This document shows positions 1 to 10,818 of a DNA stretch of 64,000 nucleotides, piece by piece. The stretch is from contig NZ_JBMFOX010000002.1 in the NCBI RefSeq assembly GCF_049969415.1, positions 32,001 through 96,000 on the forward strand, written 5' to 3'. Below the pieces are notes generated by a model that was not told where the DNA came from, made no database searches, and saw nothing but the letters and a program-made list of their open reading frames with translations. Numbering within the stretch: the first letter of the stretch is position 1; each line of letters opens with the position of its first letter. This DNA is from Candidatus Hadarchaeum sp. (lineage in GTDB: Archaea > Hadarchaeota > Hadarchaeia > Hadarchaeales > Hadarchaeaceae). The translations under genes were made by a program, and so were the position numbers.

Positions 1-518
<518 letters not shown>

Positions 519-571
519 GCGAAACCCTTATATTTTTAGCTTCAGCGGATAACTGACATATTGGTGATTCT

Positions 572-1459
572 GTGGAGATAGTATTCGGCTCTGAGCGGCT
601 CAAGAGGGGCTTCGCTAAGATGCAAAAAGGCGGGGTTATCATGGACGTTACCACTCCAGAGCAGGCCATCATCGCTGAGGAGGCGGGAGCGGTGGCCGTC
701 ATGGCGCTTCAGGCGGTTCCGGCAGACATCCGGGCTTCAGGCGGTGTGGCGCGCATGGCTGATCCCGCTATCATCGAGGCCATAATGAATGCGGTGACGA
801 TTCCCGTGATGGCCAAGTGCCGAATAGGGCATTTTGCCGAAGCTCAAGTGCTCGAGGCGTTGGGCGTGGACATGATCGACGAGAGCGAGGTCCTCACTGT
901 GGCAGACGAGGAGGCCCACATCGACAAACGCAAGTTCAAGGTCCCGTTCGTCTGCGGCTCTCGCGATCTGGGGGAGGCCCTCCGAAGGATTAACGAGGGG
1001 GCGGCCATGATAAGGACCAAGGGTGAGGCCGGTACCGGGAACATCGTTGAGGCGGTGAGGCACATCAAGGCCACCAAACGCCAAATAGCCGAGCTGGCGG
1101 GATTGAGCCGTGACGAACTCGAGGTGAAGGCCCGTGAATATCGCGTGCCCGTGGAACTGGTTGAGGAAACCGCCAAGCTCCAGCGGCTACCAGTTGTCTG
1201 GTTCTGCGCGGGAGGGATAGCAACCCCGGCTGATGCTTCTTTGGTCATGCAGATGGGTGTCGACGGGATTTTTGTGGGCTCGGGCATCTTCAAGTCAAGC
1301 GATCCACCAAGGATGGCCAGAGCCATAGTCGAGGCGACGAGATACTACGATGATCCGGAGGTCGTTTTGGAAGCCTCCAAGAACCTGCCGCTTCCGATGA
1401 AAGGAATTGACGTCAAGATGCTAAGACCAGAGGAGAGGCTTCAGGTAAGGGGCATCTGA
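572..1459 (+). CDS. pdxS: Pyridoxal 5'-phosphate synthase lyase subunit PdxS
   Basis: [54 protein letters not shown] 5 nt before the GTG start. Confidence 0.97.
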   Translation: MEIVFGSERLKRGFAKMQKGGVIMDVTTPEQAIIAEEAGAVAVMALQAVPADIRASGGVARMADPAIIEAIMNAVTIPVMAKCRIGHFAEAQVLEALGVDMIDESEVLTVADEEAHIDKRKFKVPFVCGSRDLGEALRRINEGAAMIRTKGEAGTGNIVEAVRHIKATKRQIAELAGLSRDELEVKAREYRVPVELVEETAKLQRLPVVWFCAGGIATPADASLVMQMGVDGIFVGSGIFKSSDPPRMARAIVEATRYYDDPEVVLEASKNLPLPMKGIDVKMLRPEERLQVRGI

Positions 1460-1477
1460 GGATTTTCTTCGGTGATT

Positions 1478-2752
1478 CTACATCCAGAGCAGCTGGAGCA
1501 ACAGGTGTCCCACTAGGACTGCCGCTATTGTCGGTGCTAAACTGATCTTCAGAAAGTCCTTTATCTTCACCCGATATCCTCGTTTTTCCAGTAGTCCGGC
1601 AGCGAAGACGTTGGCCGTCGCACCCACCGGAGTGATATTCCCACCGATTCCAGTGCCGAGTAGCGTCCCGTACATCAGGGGATAAGCGAGTCCAGCCGAA
1701 CCCAGCGCCAGCGCCGCGTTTTTGGCCACAGGGATCATGAGCACAGAGTAGGGGACGTTGTCGATAAACGAGGAGAGAGCAACCGAGAGCCAGACCAAGA
1801 TTGCCAGGGTGAAGACGGGGTTGTTAGAGCCGAGGCCGCCTATTCCTCGGGCGAGGTCGCTGAGAATTCCAACTCTGTCAACGGCACCGATTACGATGAA
1901 AATTCCGATTACGAAGAAAAACGAGTGCCAGTCGAATTCCTTTATCATCCTTGGTATGTTTCTGAAGCCGATGAGGACCGAAACCACCCCAACAATCAGA
2001 CCTATGAACCCAGGGCCCACCCTCAAATAAGAGTTCAGAGCCAAGGCGAAAATCCCGGCGAGGAAGACCAGCGTCGGCAGGTAATTCGTTTCAATTTTTT
2101 CTTCCTCGATGCTGACTTTTGTTTTCATTTTTCTGAGGTGGCAGAGGTAAAGGGTGATCAAGCCGATGATGGCAGCGATGGCCGAGATTATTCCTAGGCC
2201 CAGCCTGCCTTGGAACCAATAGAAGTCGAGGAAAGACATCCCGGCCTCGGAGGCCAGAATTATCGCCGGCGGATCGGCTATCATTGAAACCGTCGTCACC
2301 ATGTTGGAGCTGATGGCGATTGAGCACAGGTATAAAAAAGGGGAGGATTTGGTCCTCTTGGCTACCTCCATAGCAATTGGGGCCATGATCAGAACCACCC
2401 CCACATTTTCCAGAAAGCTCGAGAGAAAGGCAGTTATGGCGCAAAGGGAGAGCAGGGCCATTCCCTCATTTTTCGTGTGGTGCAACACGTGCCGGGCCAG
2501 ATGTTTCGGAACTCCGCTTTCCGAGAACAAGATGGAGACCATCATAAAGCCCCAGTAAATTCCAAGCACATCCCATCTGATTGCGTTCACAACTTGTTCT
2601 GGAGTCATCGCGTTGGTGGGGAGAAGAATGAGGAGAAGAATAATGGCAGAGGCAATGCTGACGTAGGCCATTTTAACCTTCCGAGATATCGCTAGCCCGT
2701 AGCAGACCACGAAGACCAGCAGCACGATTATTTTCAGCGTTGCTTCGATCAG
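1478..2752 (-). CDS. ArsB/NhaD (SLC13-like) ion transporter permease
   Basis: Multi-TM protein with SSFLENV, SSFIDNVP and GGNITPVGATAN motifs. First canonical start is GTG 2725; a CTG at 2752 follows a GGGGTG SD. Confidence 0.8.
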   Translation of the reverse strand: MIEATLKIIVLLVFVVCYGLAISRKVKMAYVSIASAIILLLILLPTNAMTPEQVVNAIRWDVLGIYWGFMMVSILFSESGVPKHLARHVLHHTKNEGMALLSLCAITAFLSSFLENVGVVLIMAPIAMEVAKRTKSSPFLYLCSIAISSNMVTTVSMIADPPAIILASEAGMSFLDFYWFQGRLGLGIISAIAAIIGLITLYLCHLRKMKTKVSIEEEKIETNYLPTLVFLAGIFALALNSYLRVGPGFIGLIVGVVSVLIGFRNIPRMIKEFDWHSFFFVIGIFIVIGAVDRVGILSDLARGIGGLGSNNPVFTLAILVWLSVALSSFIDNVPYSVLMIPVAKNAALALGSAGLAYPLMYGTLLGTGIGGNITPVGATANVFAAGLLEKRGYRVKIKDFLKISLAPTIAAVLVGHLLLQLLWM

Positions 2753-2824
2753 CGGTACACCCCTTTAAAATATTCTAGCATCGCTTTAAAGCAACGTTTT
2801 TGCAGTTTGAAGATCGGAGTAGGG

Positions 2825-3349
2825 CTAGCCTTCAGGGGTGTCGATTTTTATCAACGAAAATATCTCGTAATTATCTCCGATGGTCTCTCTTCCTCGGAGG
2901 TAACCGAGCTCGATGAGAAATCCGATTCCCACTACCTTGCCGCCGAGCCTTTCCACGAGTTCAATGTTGGCCTTCATCGTACCTCCGGTAGCCAACAGGT
3001 CGTCAACGAGCAGGACGTTCTGTCCGGGCTCTATGGCATCCTCGTGAATTTCGATCACGTCGGCCTCATACTCCTTTTGGTACATGTAGTCCACGCATTT
3101 GGCGGGAAGCTTTCCTTTTTTTCTGATGGGAACGAAGCCCGCGCCGAGTTCGTAGGCCAGAGGGGCAGCGATGATGAAGCCCCGGGCCTCGTTGGAAACC
3201 ACCACGTCAATTTTTCTGTCCTTGAAGTGATCGGCCAAAAGACGGATAGCTTCTCGGAAAGACTCTCGGTCCTTAAGTAAGGGGGTGATGTCCCAGAAGA
3301 CCACGCCCTTGAACTCCGGTATTCTTCTGATTTTAGATTTAAGGTCCAG
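2825..3349 (-). CDS. apt: Adenine phosphoribosyltransferase
   Basis: FWDITPLL, EARGFI, RKKGKLP and PRPP motif VLLVDDLLATGGT. Start is CTG 3349 (GGAGGTG SD) or ATG 3376. Confidence 0.93.
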   Translation of the reverse strand: MDLKSKIRRIPEFKGVVFWDITPLLKDRESFREAIRLLADHFKDRKIDVVVSNEARGFIIAAPLAYELGAGFVPIRKKGKLPAKCVDYMYQKEYEADVIEIHEDAIEPGQNVLLVDDLLATGGTMKANIELVERLGGKVVGIGFLIELGYLRGRETIGDNYEIFSLIKIDTPEG

Positions 3350-3362
3350 AGAACCACCTCCA

Positions 3363-4148
3363 TTAAACGAAAGCATTTTTCAGCGCGTTCTTGCATTCAC
3401 AGCTCCTTTCCCGAGGCATGATGGTTACTACTTCTGCGATCAGGCGCTTGACTTTCTCCAGATTTTCCTTCATGGTTCTCAGCACCTCTTCAGTAGTCAC
3501 TGGATGTTCTTTCCACACGTCGTAGTCGGTGACGGTCGCTATTGACGCGTAGCAGATTTCGGCTTCACGGGCTAGGACACATTCTGGTACTAGGGTCATT
3601 CCGATCACATCAGCCCCCCAGCCTTGGAACATCTTGGATTCGGCCTTGGTGGAGAACCTAGGTCCCTCGATGCACACATACGTTCCCCTTGGATGGGCCT
3701 CAAGGCCGATTCTTTTCGCCGCATCCATCAGAGTTTTTCTGATTTCGGGGCACATAGGTTCGGCCACGGAAATGTGACACACCTTGTCTCCCGTGTAGAA
3801 GGATTCCTCTCGCCTAGTGGTTCTGTCGATGAATTGATCCACAAAGACGATGTCTCCGGGCCGGTATTCTTCCTTTAATGATCCCACCGCCGAAGGTGCG
3901 AGGATCCTAGTCACACCGAGCTGCTTCATTGCGAAAATGTTTGCCCGGTAATTTATGTCGGTTGGTCTGATGGTATGTTTTTTTCCGTGCCTGGGGAGAA
4001 AAGCCAACTTTCTACCGTTCAGCTCTCCTAAAGTTATGGAATCGGATGGAGAGCCATATGGTGTTTCAACTTTGACTTCTCCAACATTCTTGAGGATTTT
4101 CGGGTCGTAAAGACCGGTGCCTCCAATTATCCCGATTTCGGCCCTCAT
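3363..4148 (-). CDS. mtnP: S-methyl-5'-thioadenosine phosphorylase
   Basis: IGIIGGTG, TPYGSPS, FLPRHG, EGPRFSTKAES, VIGMT, VTDYD. Confidence 0.93.
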   Translation of the reverse strand: MRAEIGIIGGTGLYDPKILKNVGEVKVETPYGSPSDSITLGELNGRKLAFLPRHGKKHTIRPTDINYRANIFAMKQLGVTRILAPSAVGSLKEEYRPGDIVFVDQFIDRTTRREESFYTGDKVCHISVAEPMCPEIRKTLMDAAKRIGLEAHPRGTYVCIEGPRFSTKAESKMFQGWGADVIGMTLVPECVLAREAEICYASIATVTDYDVWKEHPVTTEEVLRTMKENLEKVKRLIAEVVTIMPRERSCECKNALKNAFV

Positions 4149-4321
4149 ACTTACTACATTTTCGGTAGAGACCTATAAAAATAACGAGGCAATTGACGTT
4201 GTGAAAGACCATCTGAGCCGCTGCCAAGTCAGAGGGTCATGCCTAGGTATGTGATTGAGGCGACCTTAGTGAGTTACTAGCCATTGGGAATCGTGATGAG
4301 TCAAAAGCTGGTAGCGAAGAC

Positions 4322-4351
4322 TTATATAGTCAAAATTGATATCAACTTTGA
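4322..4351 (+). promoter_or_regulatory. TATA box (TTATATA) followed by a 22-bp inverted repeat; putative PadR operator
   Basis: TCAAAATTGAT/ATCAACTTTGA at 4330-4351 (one mismatch) sits between the TATA box at 4322-4328 and the padR start. Confidence 0.55.
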
Positions 4352-4368
4352 TATTAAGGTGAAAAAAA

Positions 4369-4950
4369 ATGCGAGAAGAATATTGCCCCCCTCCCTTCAG
4401 ACACTGGATGCGGCACATGGCAGCAGTGCCAAAGGGGTTCCTGAGGTACCAGGTGCTGGAGCTACTGAACAAAAGACCGCTCTCAGGGTCTGAAATCATG
4501 GAGGAGGTAAAAAAGATGAGCAACGGATGCTGGCGGCCAAGCCCGGGGTCCGTGTATCCCCTCTTCGCATGGCTGAAGAAAAACGGATATGTAAAAGAAG
4601 TGCGGACGCCTGAGATTGGCATTAAACGTTATGCTCTCACCGAAAGAGGAAAGAAATTACTCGAAGATCAGAGAAGAATCAAGGCTAAGATTGGCTCTGG
4701 AAAGTTCATGCTACCACCTCTTTTTGGTTCCTTTTGGTTCGGGGTACCGCCGGAGAAAACCGGCGAAATCAGAAGGGCGACGAGGCGGCTGATTAAAACA
4801 TTCTTCGACGTTAGTTTGACTTTGGAGGACCGGCACTCTGAAAAGGAAATCGAAGAAGTCGTCGAAATCTTGGACGAAGCTGCAGCCAAACTTGAAGCCG
4901 TGGAAAAAAAGCTGGAGGGAAAGGATGAAAGACGAAGTGATAAAAGCTGA
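4369..4950 (+). CDS. PadR-family transcriptional regulator
   Basis: VPKGFLRYQVLELL, WRPSPGSVYP, YALTERGK winged-helix motifs. Confidence 0.88.
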   Translation: MREEYCPPPFRHWMRHMAAVPKGFLRYQVLELLNKRPLSGSEIMEEVKKMSNGCWRPSPGSVYPLFAWLKKNGYVKEVRTPEIGIKRYALTERGKKLLEDQRRIKAKIGSGKFMLPPLFGSFWFGVPPEKTGEIRRATRRLIKTFFDVSLTLEDRHSEKEIEEVVEILDEAAAKLEAVEKKLEGKDERRSDKS

Positions 4951-5926
4951 GGGTCTGGCAAAGGTTTTCAACAAGGGCTTGGTGGCTGTGGACCATGTGA
5001 GCTTCAGTGTTAAGAAAGGCGAGATATTCGGTTTCTTGGGGCCAAACGGTGCCGGAAAGACGACGACTATTAACATGCTGATAACCATCCTAAAACCGAC
5101 CGAAGGTACAGCTTCAGTGCTGGGGCATGACATTGTCAAAGAGGCCGACATGGTGAGGCGGGTGATAGGTGTCGTGCCCCAGGAGTACACGGCTGATGAG
5201 GATCTCACCGGCTACGAAAACATAATCCTCTGCGCCGATCTGTACGGCATCCCGCGGAAGGTTTCCAAGGAGAGGGCGAACGAACTGCTTAAGCTAGTCG
5301 AGCTAGCGCAGTTCAAGGATAAGAGGGTTGAGACCTACTCCGGAGGGATGAGGCGCAGGCTTGAGCTCGCCTGCGGACTGGTTAACCGCCCGCAGGTGCT
5401 GTTTCTTGACGAGCCCACCCTAGGTCTCGATGTTCAGACGCGGGCAACGATATGGGAGTATATCAGGCGCCTCAAAGAAGAGTTTGGCATGACCCTTTTC
5501 ATGACAACCCACTACTTGGAAGAAGCAGATGCTCTCTGTGACCGTGTGGCAATAATCGACCACGGGAAGATATTGGTCACCGGGGCTCCGGGTGAGCTCA
5601 AGAAGGCGCTGGGCGGGGACGTGATAACACTGAAAATAAAGGAGAACGATGATGTGAGCAAGCTGATAAGGGAAGTGAAGCACGTGAAGGAAGTGAAAAA
5701 GGAGGACGGGAGCTACCGTGTGAAGGCCGAGTTAGGAAGAGTAACCGCACCACTGATAATTGAAAAATTGATGAAAAAGGGTTATACGGTGACCAAGCTA
5801 TCATTGACGGAACCCACGCTGAACGACGTCTATCTGGAGTACACGGGCAGGTCTATGCGGGACGCCGAAGAGTCCCCGGAAACCTTCAAAACACGCAGGC
5901 TAATTATGAGGAGGGCGAGGGCATGA
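4925..5926 (+). CDS. ABC exporter ATP-binding protein (DrrA family)
   Basis: Walker A GPNGAGKTT, signature YSGGMRRRL, Walker B LFLDEPT, H-loop TTHY. Confidence 0.93.
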   Translation: MKDEVIKAEGLAKVFNKGLVAVDHVSFSVKKGEIFGFLGPNGAGKTTTINMLITILKPTEGTASVLGHDIVKEADMVRRVIGVVPQEYTADEDLTGYENIILCADLYGIPRKVSKERANELLKLVELAQFKDKRVETYSGGMRRRLELACGLVNRPQVLFLDEPTLGLDVQTRATIWEYIRRLKEEFGMTLFMTTHYLEEADALCDRVAIIDHGKILVTGAPGELKKALGGDVITLKIKENDDVSKLIREVKHVKEVKKEDGSYRVKAELGRVTAPLIIEKLMKKGYTVTKLSLTEPTLNDVYLEYTGRSMRDAEESPETFKTRRLIMRRARA

Positions 5927-6753
5927 ACGAGTATCGACCCAGCAGTCTGCGTGGCGTATGGGCCCTTACTACCAGGGAGCTCAAGAAGTGGCTGAAGGAC
6001 CCGATAATTCTTACCATGACCATCATCCAGCCGGTCATCTGGATGGGCCTGCTAGGTAAGGCCATGAACCTCGGTGGAATGCTTTCCGGTCTTCCTCCGG
6101 GAGTAGGTGAACAGATAATGAGAAGCACCTTCGGGACGGCGGACTACTTCTCCTTCATGGCGGTTGGGATAATCTCGTTCACAGTGATGTTTACGACCAT
6201 GTTCAGCGGTATGTCTGTAGTCTGGGACAGGCGCTTGGGCTTCTTGGACAAGGTGCTGAGCACACCGGTTTCTCGGGCAGCGATCGTATTCTCAAAAATA
6301 TTGAACTCGACGCTCAGAGGCATGTTCCAGGCAACCATCATTCTGATTATCGCCGTTCTATTAGGTTTGCAGCTGGATCCAAGCTTCACGCTGCTTAACC
6401 TTCTTGGAATTTATCTCGCGATATTCCTCTTCAGCGCCGGACTTTCATCCTTGTTCATAGCCCTTTCCCTGAGATCAACGAGGCAGGAAACCCAGATGGC
6501 GATAGTGAACCTCGTAAACCTTCCCCTGATGTTCGCCAGCAACATATTTTTCCCGGCTTCAATGATGCCGGAGTGGTTGCAGGTAATAGCCCGCGTAAAC
6601 CCGGTCAGCTATTTGACCGATGCCCTCAGGCAGCTGACGATTTTGCAAATGGATGTCTCGGCCCTGGCGCTTGATTTCGCCTATCTGGGAATTTTCGCAG
6701 CCGTAGTGTTCACGGTTGGCGTCGTGCTGGCTAGGAGATTTCTCACCAAATAG
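5923..6753 (+). CDS. ABC-2 type exporter permease
   Basis: About 6 TM segments, WDRRLGFLDKVLSTPVSR, MPEWLQ..ARVNPVSY; ATGA overlap with the ATPase gene. Confidence 0.9.
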   Translation: MNEYRPSSLRGVWALTTRELKKWLKDPIILTMTIIQPVIWMGLLGKAMNLGGMLSGLPPGVGEQIMRSTFGTADYFSFMAVGIISFTVMFTTMFSGMSVVWDRRLGFLDKVLSTPVSRAAIVFSKILNSTLRGMFQATIILIIAVLLGLQLDPSFTLLNLLGIYLAIFLFSAGLSSLFIALSLRSTRQETQMAIVNLVNLPLMFASNIFFPASMMPEWLQVIARVNPVSYLTDALRQLTILQMDVSALALDFAYLGIFAAVVFTVGVVLARRFLTK

Positions 6754-6923
6754 ATGGAGATAGTCCGTTCTTCAGAAGTTTAATTAAGAAATCCTTTGTG
6801 TAAACGTACAAATATATGCATTCGACTAGTCGCGAAGGTTGGCTTGCTGGATTTTGTTGGTCTGGTTTGAGTTGTAAAACTTTTGGGACATTTTTGAAAA
6901 GACGGTAAAATCAGCTCGAAGGA

Positions 6924-7000
6924 TGGCGGGCCCGTCGGGATTTGAACCCGAGTCCTAAGCTCCGCAGGCTCATGTCCTATCCAGGCTAGACTACGGGCCC
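6924..7000 (-). tRNA. tRNA-Arg(GCG), CCA encoded
   Basis: Minus strand reads GGGCCCGTAGTCTAGCCTGGATAGGACATGAGCCTGCGGAGCTTAGGACTCGGGTTCAAATCCCGACGGGCCCGCCA: cloverleaf, anticodon loop CT-GCG-GA, T-loop TTCAAAT. Confidence 0.96.
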
Positions 7001-7085
7001 ATTACCAATTTATCTTTAACCTTTAATTTGATGAGGTAGGTTTTTAAGAGGGCGTCGGTCACATTATACCAAAGTGGGGTTTTCA

Positions 7086-8012
7086 ATGGTCGGTTCAGCG
7101 ACCTTAGATGCAATCGAGCGTGTCAGCCGAAGCGTGGTCAACATCAGCACCCTTTCTCAGATTCGGGACGTCTTCTTCAGGCCGATTCCGCTGAAGGGCA
7201 TGGGATCTGGGGTTGTCATCAGATCCAGTGGCTACATCCTCACCAACAACCATGTGGTTCAAGGGGCCGACAAAATCACCGTCACCTTTCACGATGGTAG
7301 AGTGATGGAGGGCAGGGTGGTTGGTACATGTCCCAGCTTTGACGTGGCGGTGATCAAGGTGGAAGCTGAGAATTTAGAAGCGGTGGAGATAGGAGACTCC
7401 GATAAGCTCAGGGTCGGACAACCGGTTTTCGCCGTTGGAAATCCTTTCGGCTTGGCGGGAGGCCCCACCGTAACCTCCGGAGTCGTGAGCGCATTGGGAC
7501 GAACGATACAAGCAGAGAGAGGCACGCTGGATAACCTCATTCAGACCGACGCGGCTATAAACCCCGGAAACAGCGGTGGCCCGCTTGTGGATGAGAACGG
7601 CAAGGTAATCGCGATTAGTACTGCGATAATCCCGTTTGCTCAGGGAATAGGCTTTGCCATTCCAATTAAGGTGGCCATTCGTTGTGCCGACGATATAATC
7701 AGGTATGGACGTGTTCGGATACCTTGGCTGGGAATAGACGGCGTGAGCATAAACGAGGCTGTTGCTTATCGATATAACATCCCAAGCGCTGTTGGTGTTC
7801 TCGTCGTTAGGGTCGTCGAGGGAAGCCCGGCCGATGTTGCCGGGATTTCGCCCGGAGACGTGATTTTGGAATTCGGGAAGAAGCCGGTGAGGACAATCGA
7901 GGAGCTGAGGCGGAAGATAATGTCCAGCAACGTCGGTGACGAGGCCCAGATTAAGATAATCCGCGACGGACAGAGTCACCAAGTTAAAATCACCCTCGGG
8001 GCAATGCCTTAG
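7086..8012 (+). CDS. HtrA/DegP-like trypsin serine protease with PDZ domain
   Basis: [33 protein letters not shown] and a C-terminal PDZ; no obvious N-terminal TM. Confidence 0.92.
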   Translation: MVGSATLDAIERVSRSVVNISTLSQIRDVFFRPIPLKGMGSGVVIRSSGYILTNNHVVQGADKITVTFHDGRVMEGRVVGTCPSFDVAVIKVEAENLEAVEIGDSDKLRVGQPVFAVGNPFGLAGGPTVTSGVVSALGRTIQAERGTLDNLIQTDAAINPGNSGGPLVDENGKVIAISTAIIPFAQGIGFAIPIKVAIRCADDIIRYGRVRIPWLGIDGVSINEAVAYRYNIPSAVGVLVVRVVEGSPADVAGISPGDVILEFGKKPVRTIEELRRKIMSSNVGDEAQIKIIRDGQSHQVKITLGAMP

Positions 8013-8062
8013 GTGAGATGTTAATTTTTATAGATGTTCCAACCAACGGATATGGCGAGACC

Positions 8063-8227
8063 ATGACAAACGTTTGCACCTCTTGTAGTCGGGACATCCC
8101 ACAGGGTGAGATCGTCGTGAAGTTTCCCTGCCCCAGCTGTGGCGAGGTCGAGATCCTGCGCTGCGCCAAGTGCCGGCGCCTCAGTAATCCCTACCGCTGC
8201 CCTAAATGTGGGTTCTCGGGGCCGTGA
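8063..8227 (+). CDS. Double Zn-ribbon protein (DUF1610/HVO_2753-like), conserved next to EF-1beta
   Basis: CTSC, FPCPSCG, RCAKCR and [11 protein letters not shown]; directly upstream of aEF-1beta. Confidence 0.88.
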   Translation: MTNVCTSCSRDIPQGEIVVKFPCPSCGEVEILRCAKCRRLSNPYRCPKCGFSGP

Positions 8228-8237
8228 GGTGTTTAAG

Positions 8238-8495
8238 GTGGCCGAGGTCGCCGTTACCTTGCGCGTCATGCCCGAAAGCGCCGAGTTGGACTTGAACCAG
8301 CTCGAGGCTAAGATCCGGGAGCGTGTTAAGGTTCACTCAGTTTCCCGGGAGCCAATTGCCTTTGGACTGGTGGCGTTGAGGGTGGTGGCCATCGTTGAGG
8401 ATGCTGCGGGAGGAACCGAGCCTCTGGAGAACGAAATCTTGGGCATCCCCGGCGTGGGCAACGTTCAGGTAACCGGCATCACGAGGCTTTTGTGA
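8238..8495 (+). CDS. ef1b: Translation elongation factor aEF-1beta
   Basis: VTLRVMPES, EPIAFGLVAL; GAGGTG SD before GTG 8238. Confidence 0.92.
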   Translation: MAEVAVTLRVMPESAELDLNQLEAKIRERVKVHSVSREPIAFGLVALRVVAIVEDAAGGTEPLENEILGIPGVGNVQVTGITRLL

Positions 8496-8583
8496 AATTT
8501 AAGCGGTCTCGAGCGGTTGTTAGGGAAAACAGATTAAGGCAGTAAGGATAATTTAGACTTGAATATGGGGTGGGGCGGAAATC

Positions 8584-9792
8584 TTGACCAAGAGCGTTGA
8601 TGAGGTTAGGGCGGATATACCGTTTTTGCGCACGGGAATTATCTACCTGGACAATGCCGCCACCACACCCACGCCCGAGCCGGTGATTGAGGCAATGTTG
8701 AGTTACTACCACGAGTTCAGCGCAAACGTGGGTCGGGGTTTGCACCGGGCGGCCAAGCGTGCCACTGAAGAATTCGAGGCGGCCCGCGAGAAGGTTGCCC
8801 GCGTCATAGGCGCCAAGCCTGATGAAATAATCTTCACCAAGAACACGACCGAGGCCATAAACCTCGTTGCCCGCGGGCTGGGTCTGAAAAGGGACGACAA
8901 GGTAATAACGTCTTTGTTTGAGCACCACAGCAATCTTTTGCCTTGGCAGCGGCTGGAGAGGGAGCGTGGGGTGAAGCTGGAGGTGGTGGGGAGCTCCCGA
9001 GAGTGTCTGCTTAATCCCGCCGAGTTCGAGGCAGCGATTGACCGGAACACCCGCCTCATAACCACCCACCATGTTTCTAACGCAATCGGCAGCGTACAGC
9101 CGGTTGAGGAAATCGGTAAGTTGGCCCGGGATTATGGGGTCCTTTACTTAGTCGATGCCGCGCAGTCGGTAGGGCATATGCCCGTTGACGTTCGCAAGAT
9201 TGGCTGTGATTTCATGGCGGCGCCCGGGCACAAAGGCCTCCTTGGTCCGCAGGGAACTGGCTTCCTTTACGCCCGTGAGGACAAGATTTCCGCGCTGGAG
9301 CCTCTTTTGACAGGAGGGGGAATCGTGGAGGATGTCGACCTGCACAGCGCCAGGCTTGTCGATCCCCCTCAGATTTTCGACGCCGGGACGCCGAACATTC
9401 CGGGCATCATCGGCTTGGGCAGGGCCTGCGAGTATGTGATGGACATTGGCATTGATAAAATTGCGGAGAGGGAGATGGAGCTTACTAGGCGCATGCTTAA
9501 GATAGCGGAAAACAGCAGAGTTGAAGTCTACGGTCCCAGAGGCTTGGAGCGGCGCGGAGGGGTGGTTAGCTTCAACATCAGCGGGCTCAGCCCTCACGAG
9601 GTGGCCTCCATGCTCGATGAACTGGCCAAGATCGCCGTTCGTTCCGGGCACCACTGCGCCCAGCCCACCTTCAGGCATCTGAGGATCAACGGCACCGCCC
9701 GCGCCTCGGTTCACTATTTCAATCTGGAGAGCGAGGTAGAAAAGTTCGTGGAGCTGGTAGGAGAGATAGCTAAGGAGTTAGGGACTTTATAG
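8584..9792 (+). CDS. Cysteine desulfurase, SufS-like (class V PLP enzyme)
   Basis: YLDNAATT, EHHSN, VDAAQS, PGHKGLLGP, catalytic RSGHHCA. Confidence 0.9.
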   Translation: MTKSVDEVRADIPFLRTGIIYLDNAATTPTPEPVIEAMLSYYHEFSANVGRGLHRAAKRATEEFEAAREKVARVIGAKPDEIIFTKNTTEAINLVARGLGLKRDDKVITSLFEHHSNLLPWQRLERERGVKLEVVGSSRECLLNPAEFEAAIDRNTRLITTHHVSNAIGSVQPVEEIGKLARDYGVLYLVDAAQSVGHMPVDVRKIGCDFMAAPGHKGLLGPQGTGFLYAREDKISALEPLLTGGGIVEDVDLHSARLVDPPQIFDAGTPNIPGIIGLGRACEYVMDIGIDKIAEREMELTRRMLKIAENSRVEVYGPRGLERRGGVVSFNISGLSPHEVASMLDELAKIAVRSGHHCAQPTFRHLRINGTARASVHYFNLESEVEKFVELVGEIAKELGTL

Positions 9793-10815
9793 CGACCATT
9801 TCTCCGAGAGGGCCATTTTTACCTCATCGATTACTTTCAAATGATTTCTTACTTCCGGAGTAGCGAATTTTTCACCCTGCATTGCTCGAACTACATAGAC
9901 AGCACCGCTGGCGAGGGCTTCTAGATCATATCCACCTTCGAGGAGAAAAACCACCCTTCCCTTACACCACTTCTCCGCTTGGTCAATCACGGTGCTGGAC
10001 AGCCAACCGTAGGCTTGGGTGGATAGATGCAGTCCAGTCAGAGGATCGTCGAAGTGGGCGTCAAATCCCGCTGAAACGGCGAAGAACTCCGGCTTAAATT
10101 TTTCACAGAGCGGGATGAAGATTTCCCTCATTGCCCCCCAGTATTCCGCATCACCGCTGCCTGGCGGCATCGGTACGTTGACCTTTAGCCCACGGCCTTT
10201 GCCCTCACCAATCTCGTCGGGAAATCCGGTACCGGGGTAGAGCGTCAGCGGGTGCTGGTGCAGTGACATGTAGAGCACGCTCGGGTCATCATAAAATATC
10301 TCCTGCGTCCCGTTCCCGTGATGGGCGTCGAAGTCGAGCACAAAAAACCGTTTCAGTTTGAAGTCTCGCTTCAGGCGTTCAATCATTATCGCGACGTTGT
10401 TGAAGTAACAGAAACCTCCGCCGCGGCTTCGGCCAGCGTGGTGGCCCGGTGGCCTCACTAGGGCAAAGGCATTTTTGACCCGGCCTGACATCACGATGGT
10501 GCCGGCATCAATCGCCCCACCGGCGGCGAGCAGCGCCAGCTCAAAGGTATTTTTTTTCGTAGGGGTGTCGCCGTCGATCGGCCTTTCCATTGCACTCATT
10601 TTTTCCACGAGTGAGACGTATTCGGGGTCGTGGACCAGTTTGATGTCTTCGGGCTTGGCGGGGCGAGGCTCGATTACCCCGATTTCCGGCGTCTGCCAGA
10701 GATTGAACCTCTTCAGCCCGTTGACGATTGCCTTCAGACGTTCTGGCCTTTCCGGGTGACCTAGGCCCGGGTTATGTTCCAGATATTTTTCCGAGTAAAC
10801 AAGCGCGGTTCTCAT
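9787..10815 (-). CDS. Histone deacetylase-family (AcuC/AphA-like) Zn hydrolase
   Basis: HPERPERL, RPPGHHA, GFCYFNN, DFDAHHGNGTQ, SAGFDAH, LEGGY. Confidence 0.93.
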   Translation of the reverse strand: MRTALVYSEKYLEHNPGLGHPERPERLKAIVNGLKRFNLWQTPEIGVIEPRPAKPEDIKLVHDPEYVSLVEKMSAMERPIDGDTPTKKNTFELALLAAGGAIDAGTIVMSGRVKNAFALVRPPGHHAGRSRGGGFCYFNNVAIMIERLKRDFKLKRFFVLDFDAHHGNGTQEIFYDDPSVLYMSLHQHPLTLYPGTGFPDEIGEGKGRGLKVNVPMPPGSGDAEYWGAMREIFIPLCEKFKPEFFAVSAGFDAHFDDPLTGLHLSTQAYGWLSSTVIDQAEKWCKGRVVFLLEGGYDLEALASGAVYVVRAMQGEKFATPEVRNHLKVIDEVKMALSEKWSL

Positions 10816-10818
10816 GGT

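Noticed and set aside
6754-7000. tRNA-Arg 3' end as the attachment site of an integrated element
   Set aside because: No integrase and no duplicated tRNA 3' end seen in the window; flanking genes are ordinary
9787-10815. Histone deacetylase plus histone as a chromatin-modification system
   Set aside because: HDAC-family enzymes are widespread in prokaryotes with non-histone substrates, the genes are about 29 kb apart, and the histone has no tail
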